In this document: in pieces, positions 24,801 to 38,736 of the stretch | Position numbering within the stretch: the first letter of the stretch is position 1 | Layout of the letters: every line of letters begins with the position of its first letter | NCBI RefSeq assembly: GCF_963921235.1 | Contig: NC_086097.1 | Location: 95,234,001-95,298,000, forward strand | Origin: Mobula hypostoma | Taxonomy: Eukaryota | Length of the DNA: 64,000 bases | Reading direction: 5' to 3' | Notes under the pieces: model-generated | Told to the model about the DNA's origin: nothing | The model's input: the letters and a program-made list of their open reading frames with translations, nothing else | The model's database searches: none | Made by a program: the position numbers and the translations under genes

Positions 24801-24996
24801 TAAACAAGTACTACTACTTCTACCAAAAACAACTGGATTATGAGAGGGTGATCAAAATAACCCAGCCAAGTATCTGAAACAAAGGGGTTTATTACGACCG
24901 ACAAGGTAGCAACCAAATTTTGGGCTATTATCAGAGTGAAAGTTAAGACCTCACTCAGCAAATATGAGGAAACTGCACTTACAAGATTGTTAAACA

Positions 24997-25270
24997 GGAT
25001 GGCATGGTAGCATAGTAGTTAGTACAATGCTCTATAGTACCAGTGACACAGGTTCATTGTCTGCTGCCATCTGTAAGGAGCTTGTACATTCTCCCCATGA
25101 CTCTGTGGGTTTCCTCACACAGTCCAAAGACATACCAGTTGGTAGGTTAATTGGTCACTGTAAATTGTCCTGTGGTTAAGCTAATCGTGGGTTGCTGGCC
25201 AGCACAGCTTGAAGGGCTGAAAGGCCCAGTTCCACGCTGTATTTCAATAAATAAATAGATAGATAGAAAG
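24997..25270 (+). mobile_element. HE1/V-SINE with CR1-type tail
   Basis: tRNA-like head TGGTAGCATAGTAGTTAG, body GTAGGTTAATTGGTCACTGTAAATTGTCC, tail GGGCTGAAAGGCCCAGTTCCACGCTGTAT plus simple repeat. Confidence 0.8.
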
Positions 25271-25824
25271 AAGTCAATGAGTACCACTGCAAGAAAAATA
25301 AGTTAAGATGGTTACAGTCAGGTACAAACAGTCCAAGTGTATGTCTTACTGAGGGAGAATGAGGGAACTGGATTATCAGTAGAGATACAATCAAAATTTA
25401 TCCATATAAATAAAATCCTGCAGCCTTGGTCAGGCACAATAAACTTTCCAAGCCACTAATCTTCAACTTAATCAATAACGTACAGTGAACATGGAAAATA
25501 TTTACAGAACAGACCAAACAGACACAAGCAGTGACATTAAAGTTTACCAGAAACCTTCATAGTTCCCATAATTGAAGTGATGCAACCTCATCCTGATTGC
25601 CACCCAATTTCAAATACCAGTCCTGGGACCAATTCCATACCAAGATGAAATCTATCAAGATTCTTAAAGTAGAAAACTCTTAAGCATCCAAGCTCAAGAA
25701 CCCAAGGTGATACTTGCTTTAAAAATGTTCTGAATGGTAGAGTGTACGATGAACAGGAATGTATATAGCAATGGAGTGGAGCCAATACTTTAATAGATAG
25801 ATGCAGCAAAATCTCATAGCTCAC

Positions 25825-26155
25825 TGTCATAGAGCCAGTTATACAGCATAGAAACAAGCCCCTCAGCCCAACTCGACAATGCCAACAATATGCCTACCCA
25901 GCTCGTCCCACTTGCCCGTATTTGGCTCATATCCCTCTGAAACTTTCTAATCCATGTACAGCACCTGTCTAAATGTCTTTTAAACACAGATATTGTACCT
26001 GCTAGTACCACTGTTTATGGTAGCTCAACCTACCAGTCTCCCTGTGAAAAAGCTGCTCCTCAGGTCCTCTCTTTAAATCAGCGCCCCCCCCCCCCCACCA
26101 ACCCCTCAACTTAAACTAATGACCTCTGGTTTTAGACTCCAGTACCCTGGCTAAA
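25825..26155 (-). mobile_element. CR1 3' end (host of the RTE insertion)
   Basis: VLAGTISVFKRHLDR; continues at 29361. Confidence 0.75.
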
Positions 26156-29100
26156 TTGTCCTGGGTATGATTCTAAACTGCAACTGGTGACAAGGTTCTG
26201 ATTGGTGACTTTCAGAGCTTTGGGGAAAGTGGAGTTACCTTTAGTCATTCATTGCTTCCAGGGCCACTCTGACTCAGAACGGTAGTACCTGCAAGGGTTC
26301 CTGCTCAGAATATGAGCAAAGGCAACGACAGATCCGGCAGGTTCTGTAACTGAACTTATGACGGAGAAGGTGGATGAGCTAGGACCTCAAATGTCAATGG
26401 CTATAGTACAGGCGGATGAACATTTGGGACGAGAAATGGCGATTTCTTTAGTTTGCCCAACGGTAGGCAATAGCAAACCACTGTTGCTAGATACTAGGTT
26501 TCCTAGAATCTATTTGCTAAGAAAACCATGGTCAAACTCACAAAATGTATCACACAACAACAGCGTCAAGATTATCTTCAAGACAATTCTGAAGATGCTT
26601 CACTCGGTAAGGTTGATTCTGGTCAGCAGGGAATCCCTGACTGTCATCAAGCTACTGCTCATAAAATTCAAGTGACACAAAAGAAAATTATTACCACCTG
26701 GAATGTAAGAACCCTATATCAAGCAGGAAGATTGGACAATGTGATAAATGAAATGGAAAGACTAAACATTAACATCATGGGAATTAGCGAAGTTTGTTGG
26801 ATAGGTGCTGGAACATGTCAGAATAGAAATAAAACACTAATTTATTCTTGTGGAACATCCCATACTAATGGAGTAGGAATTCTTAAGGATAAAAACATGG
26901 CAAAAAGTATTTTAGGACATTGGCAATATCAGAAAGAGTGCTCCTTGTTAGATTCAGAGGACAACCATTTGATTCAGCAATTATACAGGAATAAGCACCA
27001 ACAACAGATGGAACAAATGAGGAGATAGATAAATTTTATGAAGAGCTTGAACAAGCAAAGAATGGATGCAAATCTCAAGATATTGTTATTGTCATGGGAG
27101 ATCTAAATGTTAAAGTAGGACAAGGTGCTGATGGAATCACCATAGGAAAATTTGGACTAGGGGAAAGAAATGAAAGAGGTGAGAAATGGGTAGAATAGTG
27201 CAAGATGAATAATCAGGACATTATGGATACCCACTTTAAAAACCATCCAAGATGCTTGTGGACCTGGAAAAGTCCAGGTGATAACACTAGTAATCAAATT
27301 TACTTTATTACTGTAAACCAAAGATTTAGAAACTCAGTGACTCAATGCAAAACATATCCAGGTGCAGACTGTAATAGTGACCATAACCCAGTAGTATGTC
27401 ATGTAAAAGTAAAACTTAAAAAACTAAAGAAGCAAAAACCTGAACAATCCCTTGACTACTTGCAATTAATTAAAGAAGAAAACTTAAGACAAAAATTTAC
27501 AATTGAAGTAAGGAATAGATTTCAGTCTAGAAATAGATCTGTTGAAGATGATGCAATCATGTAGAAATGAAATTTAACTCTCTAAAGGATGCCTTGGTAG
27601 AATCAGCAAAGTCAGTGATTCCTAAAAAAGAAAAAAGCACAAAGAATAAATGGATGACAGATGAAATCAAAAATCTGATGGAAGAAAGGAGACGGAAGGA
27701 AGCAAATCCTATAGAATATAAGTCCTTAGATAAAAAAGTTAAAAGCTTATGTCAAAAAGCCAAAGAAGAATGGTTAAATCAGGAATCTGAGCAAATAGAA
27801 AGAATCCCTATTACTGATCCAAAAAGGTTACATCAACAAATCAAGAATATCACTGGTAAAAAGCTCCTCTGTTCTTCAGGTGGATGTTTGAAAGCAAAGG
27901 ATGGTACCATTATCATGGAAAAAGATGAGATTAATGACAGATGGACTGAGTATATTCAGGAATTGTAATAGTTAACCAATGACATTTATGAGACTGTAAT
28001 AATACCAGAAAAGATGAAAAAAATCAGTAGTTATCACTCTTCCTTAAGAAACTTGGAGCAATAGAATGTGAATTACATAGGACCATAAGTTTAATGAGTC
28101 ATATCACCAAGATACTTCTAAGAATTTTGATGACAAGAGCTAAAAGTAGGATACAAGCTGAAATAGGTAAAGAACAATGTGGTTTTGTGAAAGACAAAGG
28201 TACAAGAAACGCAATATTGATGTTAGGGATACTATCAGAACAAGCTATTCAAGTGCAAAAAGGTTTGTTTGTTTTATCGACTACACAAAAGCATTTGATA
28301 AAGTGAAGCACAATAAGTAATCTGAAATATTACAGAAAACTCTAGATCTAGATTCGAAAGACCTTTGCCTAATCAGAAATCTGTACTGGGAGCAAACTGC
28401 CGTTGTAAGAATAGATGGAGAACTGAGTAAGTTTACGAAAATCAAGAGAGGCGTTAGACAAGGGTGTGTTTTTTCCCCTGATTTATTTAATGTGTACAGT
28501 GAAAAAATATTACAAAAAATAAGAGACATCTTGGGAATCAAAGTTGGCGGTGAAAACATCAATGATTTTAGATATGCAGATGACACTGAGTTAATTGCAA
28601 GTACGGAGGAAGAACTACAAAACTTAATTGATATAATTGTTGAAGAAAGTGCAAAAATGGGTCTATCTATCAATTGCAAAAAGACAGAAACTATGGTGAT
28701 ATCCAAAAAGAAGGAGAATCCTATCTGCAGGCCGAGAATAAATGGGGAAGACATAAAACAAGTATAGAACTTTTGCTACTTAGGAAGCTGGGTGACATCA
28801 GATGGCAGGTCCGACATGGACATCAAAAGAAGAACAGGGATGGCAAAAGACACCTTTACGAGAATGAAGAGTATGCTGACCAACACTAAACTAGGCATGA
28901 CAACCTGCCTCAGAATACTGCAATGTTACGTTTATCCAGTTACGTTATATGGATCAGAATGTTGGACAATATCTAGTAACACGAGGAAACGAATTGAAGC
29001 AGCAGAGATGTGGTTTTTGAGGAGGATGCAAAGAATATCATGGACGAAATAAATATCTAACGAGGATGTCATGAACAGAGCAAACACAAAAAGAGAAATA

Positions 29101-29360
29101 ATGTATGAGATCATGAAAAGGCAACGTAACTTCATTGGACATGTGATTAGGAAAGAGGAGTTAGAATGCACGGTAACTATGGGAAAGATTGAAGGGAAGA
29201 AAGCAAGAGGAAGACAAAGACAAATGATGATGGAGACAGCAGCCAGAGAACCTGAAATGAATACCAATGAATTGATCCACTTGACCCGAAACAGGAGTGT
29301 GTGGGCCATGGCAGTCAAAGCTGAAGCTGGGCATGGCACCTGATGATGATGATGACGACA
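26156..29360 (+). mobile_element. Near full-length RTE-clade LINE, decayed, with an internal deletion near 27968
   Basis: ~370-nt leader, APE endonuclease and RT, (TGA)n tail at 29341-29355; degenerate possible TSD ACCCTGGCTAAA / ACCCTAAGTAAA. Confidence 0.93.
26528..29343 (+). pseudogene. RTE endonuclease-reverse transcriptase ORF, disrupted
   Basis: TWNVRTL, GISEV, SDHNPV, EQCGF, RQGCVFSP, FRYADD, GKIEGKKARGRQR; several stops and frameshifts. Confidence 0.9.
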
Positions 29361-29950
29361 ACCCTAAGTAAAAGACTGTGACCATTCACTTTAATTCTAT
29401 GCCAGAAGATTTTATAACCCACTGTAAGGTCACACCTCAGCCTCCTTCGCTGTAGGGAAAACATCCCAGTCTATCTATTCTCTCCTTATTACTCAAATTC
29501 CTCATCCAAGCGAATCTTTTCTACAATCTCTCCAGTTTAATCTCATCCTACTTATTGCATGGCAACCAGAACTGCACACCATATTCCAGGCATGGCCTCA
29601 ACCAACATCCTTTACAACTGTAACATGATGCCCTAACTCTTGTACTCAATGTGTCCAATGAAGCCATTTGCCTTCTTTACCACCTTGTCCACCTGTGTCA
29701 CCACTTTCTGGGAACTATGTAGTTGTACTCCCAAGATCTTGTAATTCACTTGTCTGCCCTACACTGGTTTTCTTTCCCAAAATGCATCATTTCACACTTG
29801 TCTGAATTAAATTCCATCTGCCATTCGTTTGCCCACTTTCCCAATTATTCTAAATCCTGTTGTAGCTTTAAGCAACCTTTTAAACTGTTCACCATATCAT
29901 TAATTTTAGTGTCATCCCCAAACTTACAAATCATCCCACTCACACTCTGA
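29361..29950 (-). mobile_element. CR1 fragment, continuation of 25825-26155
   Basis: Minus-strand WQMEFNSDKCEMMHFGK motif near 29770-29825; further CR1 remnant at ~32675-33005. Confidence 0.75.
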
Positions 29951-29954
29951 TTCA

Positions 29955-32670
29955 AAATGTTGCAGGCCTACTACCTGCATACAGACAGAGCCTAAAAAGC
30001 AAGGCTCCAGTGATCAAGACATCTAAGAGGTGGTCGCAGGAGGCAGCAGAATGGTTACAGGATTGCCTTAAGCCAATGGACTACGCCATGTTCAAGCACT
30101 CATCTGAGGATCTGTATGACTACACCAGGGTTGTAACAGACTTTATTAAAATAGCTGTTGATGAGTATATCCCTATGAAATCATTCAGGGTTTACCCCAA
30201 TCAAAAGCCCTGGATGAACCATGAAATCTGCAATTTGCTGAGAGCGAGATCAGAGGCATTCAAGCCTGAAGATCAAGAATGCTACAAGGGGTGCAGGGAT
30301 GAGCTCCAGAAAGCCACCTCACAGGCGAAATGGAGATTCCCGACTAGACTGGAATAAACGAAGAATGCTCAACAGGTACGGCAGGATTTGAATGCCATAA
30401 CTTCCTACGAAGTTAAATCTAGTGACATGGGGACAGCAGAGCTTCACTTCCAGATGAGCTCAATGCCTTCTATACTCACTTTGACCACCAGATCAGAAAG
30501 GAACCATCGTGCACCTCACACATCTCCCGGTGATCCTTTGATTTCAGTATCTGAAGTTGACATGCAGGCTGCCTTCAAGAGAGTAAATCCAAAGAAAGCA
30601 TCTGGTTTGGACAGAGTACCTGGCCGAGTACTGAAGACCTGTGCCAACTAATAAGCCAGTGTGATCTTATCAACCTCTTGCTTCAGTAGTGTGTGGTATC
30701 CACTTGCTTCAAGCAGCTTCAATCATAGCGGTGCCCAAGAAGAGGGTGTTACCTGAGTCTTGATTACCTGACTGACAGACCACAGTAGGTGTGCTTGCAG
30801 CACTGTGTGTCCGACAGAGTGATCAGCAGCACTGGGGCTACACAGGGGACTGTTTTGTCTCCCTTTCTCTTCACCATTTACACCTCGGACTTCAACTACT
30901 GCACAGAGTCTTGTCATCTTCAGAAGTTTTCTGTTGACTCTGCCATAGTTGGATGCATCAGCAGGGAAGATGAGGCTGAGTACAGGGCTACGGTAGGAAA
31001 CTTTGTCACATGGTGTGAGCAGAATTATCTGCAGCTTAATGTGAAAAAGACTAAGGAGCTGGTGGTAGACCTGAGGAGAGCTAAGGTACCGGTGACCCCT
31101 GTTTCCATCCAGGGGGTCAGTGTGGACATGGTGGAGGATTACAAATACCTGGGGATACGAATTGACAATAAATTGGACTGGTCAAAGAACACTGAGGCTG
31201 TCTACAAGAAGAGTCAGAGCCGTTTCTATTTCCTGAGGAGACTGAGGTCCTTTAACATCTGCCGGACGATGCTGAGGATGTTCTATGAGTCTGTAGTGGC
31301 CAGTGCAATCATGTTTGCTGTTTTGTGCTGGGGCAGCAGGCTGAGGGTAGCAGACACCAACAGAATCAACAAACTCATTCGTAAGGCCAGTGATGTTGTG
31401 GGGATGGAACTGGACTCTCTGATGGTGGTGTCTGAAAAGAGGATGATGTCCAAGTTGCATGCCATCTTGGACAATGTCTCTCATCTACTACATAATGTAC
31501 TGGTTGGGCACAGGAGTACATTCAGCCAGAGACTCATTCCACCGAGATGCAACACAGAGCGTCATAGGAAGTCATTCCTGCCTGTGGCCATCAAACTTTG
31601 CAACTCCTCCCTTGGAGGGTCAGACACCCTGAGCCAATAGGCTGGTCCTGGACTTATTTCCTGGCATAATTTACATATTACTATATAATTATTTATGGTT
31701 TTATTACTATTTAATTATTTATGGTGCAACTGTAACGAAAAACAATTTCCCCCGGGATCAATAAAGTATGATTATGACTACTATTATCCTGCCTCACTTA
31801 CATCCACAGTGACGAAGTGCTTTGAGAGGGTGAATTTGAAACATATCAGCTCCTGACTGAATGGCGACTTGGATCCGCTCTAATTTGCCTACTGAAGCAA
31901 CAGGTCCACAGCAAATGCCATGTCATTAGCTCTTCACACAACCCTGGAACACCTGGACAGCAAAGAGGCATATATCAGGATGCTCTTTATTGATTACAGT
32001 TCAACATTTAAACCCATCAAACCCTCAAAACTAATCAGTAAACTCCAAGACCTGGGCCTCAATACCCCTTTGTGCAATTGCATCCTATATTTCCTCATTT
32101 GCAGACCCCAGTCAGTGGCAAAAACACCTCCTCTACAATCTGCATCACAGGTGCAGCACAGGGGTGGGTGCTTAGCCACCTACTCTTCTCACTTTACACC
32201 TATGGCTGTGTGACACTATATTCAAGTTTGATATGGGCCATATCAAGGGTGGTGATAAATCAGCATACAGAGGGAGATTGAAAATTTGGCTAAGTGGTGT
32301 CATAACAACAACCTCTCACCAACTGTCAACAAAATCCAGGAGCTGATTATAGACTTCAGGAGAGGGAAACCAGAGATTCATAAGCCAGTACTCAATGGAG
32401 GAGCAAAAGAGGATAACTACACTCATTCTATTTCTGGTGTTCCCGCAATCAATGATCTCACTTTAAGGACTCTTTATCTTGTTATCTTATACTCTCGTTA
32501 TTTATTACTTTTAATTTATACTTGCATTTGTAAAGCTTGCTGTTCATTGATCCTGTTTACAGTTACTGTTTTATAGATTTGCTGAGTATGCCCACAGGAA
32601 AAAGAATCCCAGGGTTGTATGTAGTGGCATGTATGTACTTTGATAATAAATGTTACTTTGAACTTTTAAT
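29955..32670 (+). mobile_element. Decayed Rex1/Babar LINE interrupted by a second Rex1/Babar copy
   Basis: YPNQKPWMN, KASGLDRVPGRVLKTCAN, then after 31785 LFIDYSSTF, WCHNNNL; tail ATAATAAATGTTACTTTGAACTTT. Confidence 0.85.
30757..31783 (+). mobile_element. Younger 5'-truncated Rex1/Babar LINE nested in the previous element
   Basis: Open 283-aa ORF 30789..31640 (QGTVLSPFLF, KFSVDS with DD motif mutated, KTKELVVD, YFLRRLRSF); tail AATAAAGTATGATTATGACTA. Confidence 0.9.
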
Positions 32671-35600
32671 ATAAATGACAAACAACAGAAGACCCAGCAC
32701 CATTCACACAACTGCCACAGAACTCCAATCTGATAAACAACCTTCCATTATCACCCTCTGTCTTCTTACACCAGGCCAATGTTGTATTCAATTTGCCAGC
32801 TCACTTTGGATCTCTGTGATTTCACATGATCTCACCTTCCAAACTAGCTTAACCTCTGCGATCTCATCAAAAGCCTTACTGAAGTCCACCTGCCTCCCTG
32901 CCTTCATCAATCGTCTTGATCACTTCAAAAATTTTAAATCAGATATGTGAGACATGATTTCCTAATCATAAATCCATGGTAACTATCCCTAATCAATACT
33001 TGACTTTCTGCATGGAAGCTTGGCAATACATGCCACAACAAATCAGCGTGGTGTAACTTACATGCAGTACAGCATGGTACAGGTCCTCTCCAGGTCAGAG
33101 TTCTCCACATATCTATAGCATGTACATATAAATGGTCACTTGACTGACCAGTGGTATGGATTTTCTAGCTGTTACAGGGCTGCATGCACCTTCTTCAAGA
33201 AAGGGAAGTCAGTAGGACATATACCCCAGTCCATCAGGAAGGAGGTACAGAAGCCTGAAGACCCAGACCCAATGTTTTAGAAACTACTTTTTCCCCTCCA
33301 CCATCAGATTTCTGAATATTCCATGAAAACTACCTTGCTATTCCTCTTTTGCTGTATTTATTTTGTGACTTATAGTAATTTTTATTTTTTTTATTGTAAA
33401 AGTTCAAGTTTATCGGTGGTACTAAAACTGATTCTATTTCTGATTCCTCTGCTGTGTGTGAGCTCTAATTTTGATTGCATTTCCAACCTGTGAACAGTTC
33501 AGGTTATGAACAGTTCACAGGAGCAGAACCGTGCTGTAACCTGGACACAAGTGGTAAAATTATTGGATGGAATTGCACTGACCTCCTTGCATTTAAGGTA
33601 GACATTCATTAATGACAGGTACAACTCAGACAAACAAAGAGTTTGATACAGAAACATCAGTGATGAAACACTCATATTTTAATGAAAAACTTTGTTGCTT
33701 TGGTTCACATAATGTACAATTAACCTCCATGTGTTCAGTGACAAGTTGCTATCCAGAGGGTAACCTGGCATGCAGCATCTCTAACCCAGTGTGAAGAAAT
33801 TAACCAAGCATCAGAAAACTCAGACCAGTTTTGCTTAATGTGATTTGAGCCAAGCCGCTCTTGCTTACTTGTGTGAGTCAACAGCAAACTATTTCAAAAC
33901 AAAACACATTCAAAGCCTTTTAGTTAAGTTCAATCCACTTAAGATCTCTTAAAAAAACACCAATAATTAAAAAATAATGTAATGCTTGGCTGGCATGAGT
34001 TTCACAAGCATGATCAAAAATAAAAGTTATTCAGAACAATGAGCAAGGATGGAAGGTTTAGAAACATTAAGAAGCCATTATCTTCACAGAGAAATGGATT
34101 GCATTCTTCAGTCGTCAAATAAGTACATACACTGTCCAACAAACTCCACCGGGAAATGCTCTCTGCGAAACTAAACTCCACCAAGTGGCCCCAGTTGGAA
34201 ATATGGTGTGCTCTGCTCTGCCCAGTAGTCTGGCCACTATCATATTTTAGGATGATTTGTCGAGACCAGTGCAGGTTCAATTTGTTCATTGCCTTGGTCA
34301 TTATCCCCATCACACACAAGAATTCCACAATCAAAGGGATCGATCTCGGCAGAACTCTGATGACGCACAGCATCTCAGATAACCTTAGGTGTTAATTTGC
34401 CTGGAATCTTAAGATAAGATTTTCTCACAATTATCAGTAAGGAAGAGAGACTTTCTACTAACACTAACTAGAGAGGGCAAATTTAAGATAAATGGAAAGA
34501 TAATCGGGGAGATGAGGAGGACTACTGTGATAATCTGGAATGTACTATCTGAAAAGGAGGATGCAGAGTCAACTATAAATTTCAAAAGGATACTTGACAA
34601 TTTGGGGAACGCAACAGCAATATAGAACTGACTGTACAACCGTTTCAAAGAGATGCTTGAAAGATACATCACAGGAATATTCCAGTGCTTTAGAAGGCCA
34701 CCCAGCCCGTCAAGTCTGTTCTACCACTATGAAAAATACAGACAGTCCCACTCAGCCACTATCTGCCTAATGTTCTTTTCAAGTACTTCTGAATGCCAGA
34801 ACTGAATCTGCTTTCCCTGGCCCACTGGCAGTACATTCCAGATCCTAACCACTTGCCACATAAATAAATTTTCCCTCACATGACTTCTTGGCCTTTTGAC
34901 AATAACCCTCATTTTATGTCCTCTGCTACAATCACCTTCTGTGCTTTATGATTCTAACATCAAAACTAACCTCAGCAGGAAAAAAAAATCAAATTTGCTC
35001 AAGGGTGGCAAATTTTGTAAAAGATTGCCTAAGTTTTGCACTCACTGACCAGGTTCAATAGAATGCCTTCCTATGGGATCTGTCCAAATTGCAAACTGGA
35101 AATCAGTCAATGAACTAACCACAGAATACAACTTTAGTCCCTTCCGAAATTAATTCAAACAATAATGGCTAACCTTAAGACAGGATCTGGAGCAGGGTTT
35201 ATGGTGAGTAGGATGAAAGAGGAAGGCTGCTAATACGTAATTTCATTGCAAATATTGTTTTTTTTGATTTAGGCAAATGGGAATGTTCTTATTAACACAA
35301 TTTAATTTTGCCCTATTATAGTAACCTACTAAGGTCAATAGTATTATGCCTTCATGCCCAAACAAGGTGGAAAATTGCAGCTTTTAACTCCATATTTGCC
35401 TGTAAGTTCAAGAACACTGCAAATTTTTCCCATCAATTCAGAGCCCAAGTCAGGAAGGTTAGTGATCAAATGCTCAATTGGCCCTGTCTAAAAAGTTAAG
35501 AGTTAGGAGAGGTAACAATGGAGCATGAACTTGTGAACAAATGCACTGAGGGTGGGATGCCCTTGAAGTGTGACAGTGGGCTGCTCTGTGTCCCATGTTA

Positions 35601-36115
35601 GCCCTGGACTAGGAAGACTGAAGTGGGCTAGGAGTATCCAATGAGGACCAGCATGCTCCAATTTCTTGTGCGACATATCAAAAGCAGTGCTATGAGATGA
35701 ACGATGCTGTCTCAGAAACTGCACCAGCAGTTCAAGGCCAACTCATTACCAAAGTGGACAATCAAATTTTCACAATGACACAATGGTCACTAACCTAGAA
35801 AAAAAATTCAACATTCAATTGTATAATGCTAGAAAAAAGTGCTACACAATTGAATATCTTTCACTATTTGAAAGTCATATTTGCTTTAATGTTTCTTCTG
35901 CTCAAACTGTTGTTGCTTTCTCTTCTCAAATGAATCACTTTCATAATGTATGCTATTACACTGTCAAGGTTTATGCTATGAGATTAACTTCAAACTGCAT
36001 GCAACACAATTGTAAATACAGAGGGATTCACAGAGGCAACCTCAGTTAAAAACCCCAAGCTTCCTTGGTACTTAGTTTCATAGTGACAGCACACTGGATG
36101 AGGGCAGTTACTCAC

Positions 36116-36399
36116 AGTCTCACAAGCTAAATAAATCCAGCTTTACTCCTCTACAATTTACCATTATTATTGAAACCTCGCAAGACTCTCTCCAATGCAA
36201 ACGGCATGCATTTGAGATCTGTCCTCTGTCTCATGAATACTGTAACTCCCCAAATTCTTTGGTGGCAACATAAATATTTAAAAATAGTTTGTGCAGCTGG
36301 TATCTGGGAGTACACAGAGCCTTGCAGACCAGGCACTGCAGCTCAAAGGGGTGTGGGAAGAGCAGAATGGAGTGGCACTGAAAGGGGAAGAGATAATAC
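36116..36399 (-). other. Candidate non-coding or UTR exon
   Basis: Acceptor TCTCATTTTTGTTTGCAG/G and donor CT/GTGAGTA in repeat-free sequence; no through ORF. Confidence 0.3.
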
Positions 36400-36712
36400 C
36401 TGCAAACAAAAATGAGAATCTTGAAGAACACATGCCAAGATAGAGGAAACTTCATGGAGCTTGGAAAGAAACCTGGAAAGCAATGAATAAATCCAGTTGC
36501 CATGGTTCATCTATGTACAAGTAAAATAGGTAGACATATGGAGGAATTCTTGCTGAAAATGTTACAGAGCATGGCTTCGAGAGGGTAATAAACTCTGAAT
36601 TCTTGTCCAAGCAGAGCCAGAGTTAGAAAATTACTGTTAAAGGGGAGGGATCTGGGAGAGAGGGTAATTTTATGGGACAATGACAGGACCGAATGTGGGA
36701 CAGGAAAGAGCT

Positions 36713-37330
36713 GAACACAAGAGATCCTGCAGATGCTAGAAATTCAGAGAAGCACACACTAAATGCTGGTGGAACTCAGCACGCAAGGCAGCATCTATGG
36801 AAATGAATAAACAATCGACGTTTCAGGCCGAGAGCCTTCATCAGGACTGGAAAAGAAGAGAGAAGCCGCCAGAATAAAGAAGGTTGGGGGAGGGGAGGGG
36901 AGGAGGACAAGCTGGAAGGTGATAGGTAAAGGCAGGTGGGTTGGGGAAGGGGGATGAAGTAAGAAGCTGGAAGGTGATAAGTGGAAAAGGCAAAGCATTG
37001 GAGAAGAAGGGATCTGATAGGAGAGGAGAGTAGATCATGGGAGAAAGGGAAAGAGGTAAGAAGCCAGAGTGAAGGAATGAAGAAGGGGGAAGGGGGAGGA
37101 GAAAAAATTGAGAAATCTATGTTCATGCCATCAGGTTGGAGGCTACCTAGATGAAATATGAGACGTTGCTTCTCCAACCTGAGAGTAGTCTCATCATGGC
37201 AGAAGAGGAGGCCATGAACGTATCAGAACTGGAATGGAGATGGGAATTGAAATGGTTGGTCTCCAGGAAATTCCACTTTTTATGGATGGAGCTGTGGTGT
37301 TTCACAAAGTAGCCCCCCACTCTATGTCAG
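36713..37330 (-). mobile_element. Penelope-like element 3' end
   Basis: EKQRLIFHLGSLQPDGMNIDFS; PLE terminus with tail. Confidence 0.9.
36812..36849 (-). ncRNA. Minimal type I hammerhead ribozyme motif
   Basis: CAGUC-CUGAUGA-AGGC(UCUCG)GCCU-GAAA-CG-UC-GAUUG: intact core, stems I and II, palindromic helix III. Confidence 0.8.
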
Positions 37331-38334
37331 GAAAGAGCTGTGTTGATGGCATAGTCACGGCCTGACTGGACGGGACGCATGTCTTAGCAAATGGGGTGAA
37401 TAGAGAAATGGTAAAGACTTTAAAGCCAGCACAAAATGGTGAAGGACCTTGAAGAAATGCAGCTAGCTAAAATATAAACAAAGAAAAGAAAGCATCAGAA
37501 AGAGGGAGGGTGTTGATGGCTAGAGCACAAAGTTAAAGGAATCTAAAAAGACAATTAACCATAAAGGAAAAGTAAATTCTGGAAAAATGTGTTAAAACTC
37601 TCCGTACAGTGATGCACAAAATGTGATAAATGGGGCTTGACGGCAAAGTGCGCGAGGGAGGAACAAACATGTTGAGAGCACGGAGTCATGGTTACAGAAA
37701 AAATAGAATTTGAAGTGAACCATTGCTGGGTATTACATATTCACAAAAGAGATAAAAAGTAGGTGAAACAGCTGTACTTAATAGGGATAACATAATGGCA
37801 GTAGAAAACCACCGAGCCATAAGAAGGACAAAAAAGGAGTTCATATGATCCAAAGTGCAATGTGTCCATGGATAGACATATAGGATAATAAAGGATCAAG
37901 CACACTAACAGACAAAATAAACACTGACTTTCAATAAGTTCAATTAATGGATAATGCGAAGGAGATTAGATTACAACATTTTCTAAAATTATGGCAGCCA
38001 AAATTACACATGCAGTACTTGTACCTGCCATTGTTATTAAACACACACACCAAGCGACCACAGACATCAACAGGTGACCCAATCAAATGGTGTAGTTTGA
38101 GGGATACATAATGAAAGAGAGCACTAACAATAATTTGTGTAACTTGTTTATATCAAAACGATGCCAATAACCATCGGCTTTAAAGTCTACAGCTTTACAT
38201 TGACTGATCTTTCATGTATTGTGATCAACAATCACCCCTTTTTTTCTTTACAGACGCCTTTCACTTTGCAGACTATGATTGTTTCCTCATACATTATCTT
38301 ACATTTATATCCACAGTAAACTCTTCTTTTACTC

Positions 38335-38460
38335 AAAGCCACACACATAAAATGCTGGAGGAACTCAGCAGGCCAGGCAGCATCTACGGAAAAGAGTAAA
38401 CAGTCGATGTTTTGCACCAAGGCCCTTTATCAGGACTAGAAACAAAGAGAAGTCAGAGTC
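38335..38460 (-). mobile_element. Short Penelope terminus with degenerate hammerhead
   Basis: CACACATAAAATGCTGGAGGAACTCAGCAGGCCAGGCAGCATC. Confidence 0.8.
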
Positions 38461-38696
38461 CTATCCTCATTCCTGTTTTACTCACTATGCTTAATTCTTC
38501 TAAACCCCATAGATTACTGCTAATCTTCTTTCTGCTCTACAGTCATACAGTGTCTGTCATTTATAAATTTGTTAACATGCTATAAACTTCTGGCATCTTG
38601 CCCCATATCACCCACAAGCATTGTGAACAGCAAAGATCTAAAACAGATCCCAATGAATCAACTCTGAATACTGCATCTCCATTAACTCTTGTTTAC

Positions 38697-38736
38697 TACA
38701 GGAGAAGATCTGCAGATGCTGGAAATTCGAGCAACA
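38697..38736 (-). mobile_element. Penelope tail-only insertion between direct repeats
   Basis: GATCTGCAGATGCTGGAAATTCGAGCAAC flanked by AACTCTTGTTTAC at 38684, 38737 and 38762. Confidence 0.75.

Noticed and set aside
30789..31640. Functional 283-aa host gene
   Set aside because: C-terminal part of a 5'-truncated Rex1/Babar ORF with the catalytic DD motif mutated and a retro tail
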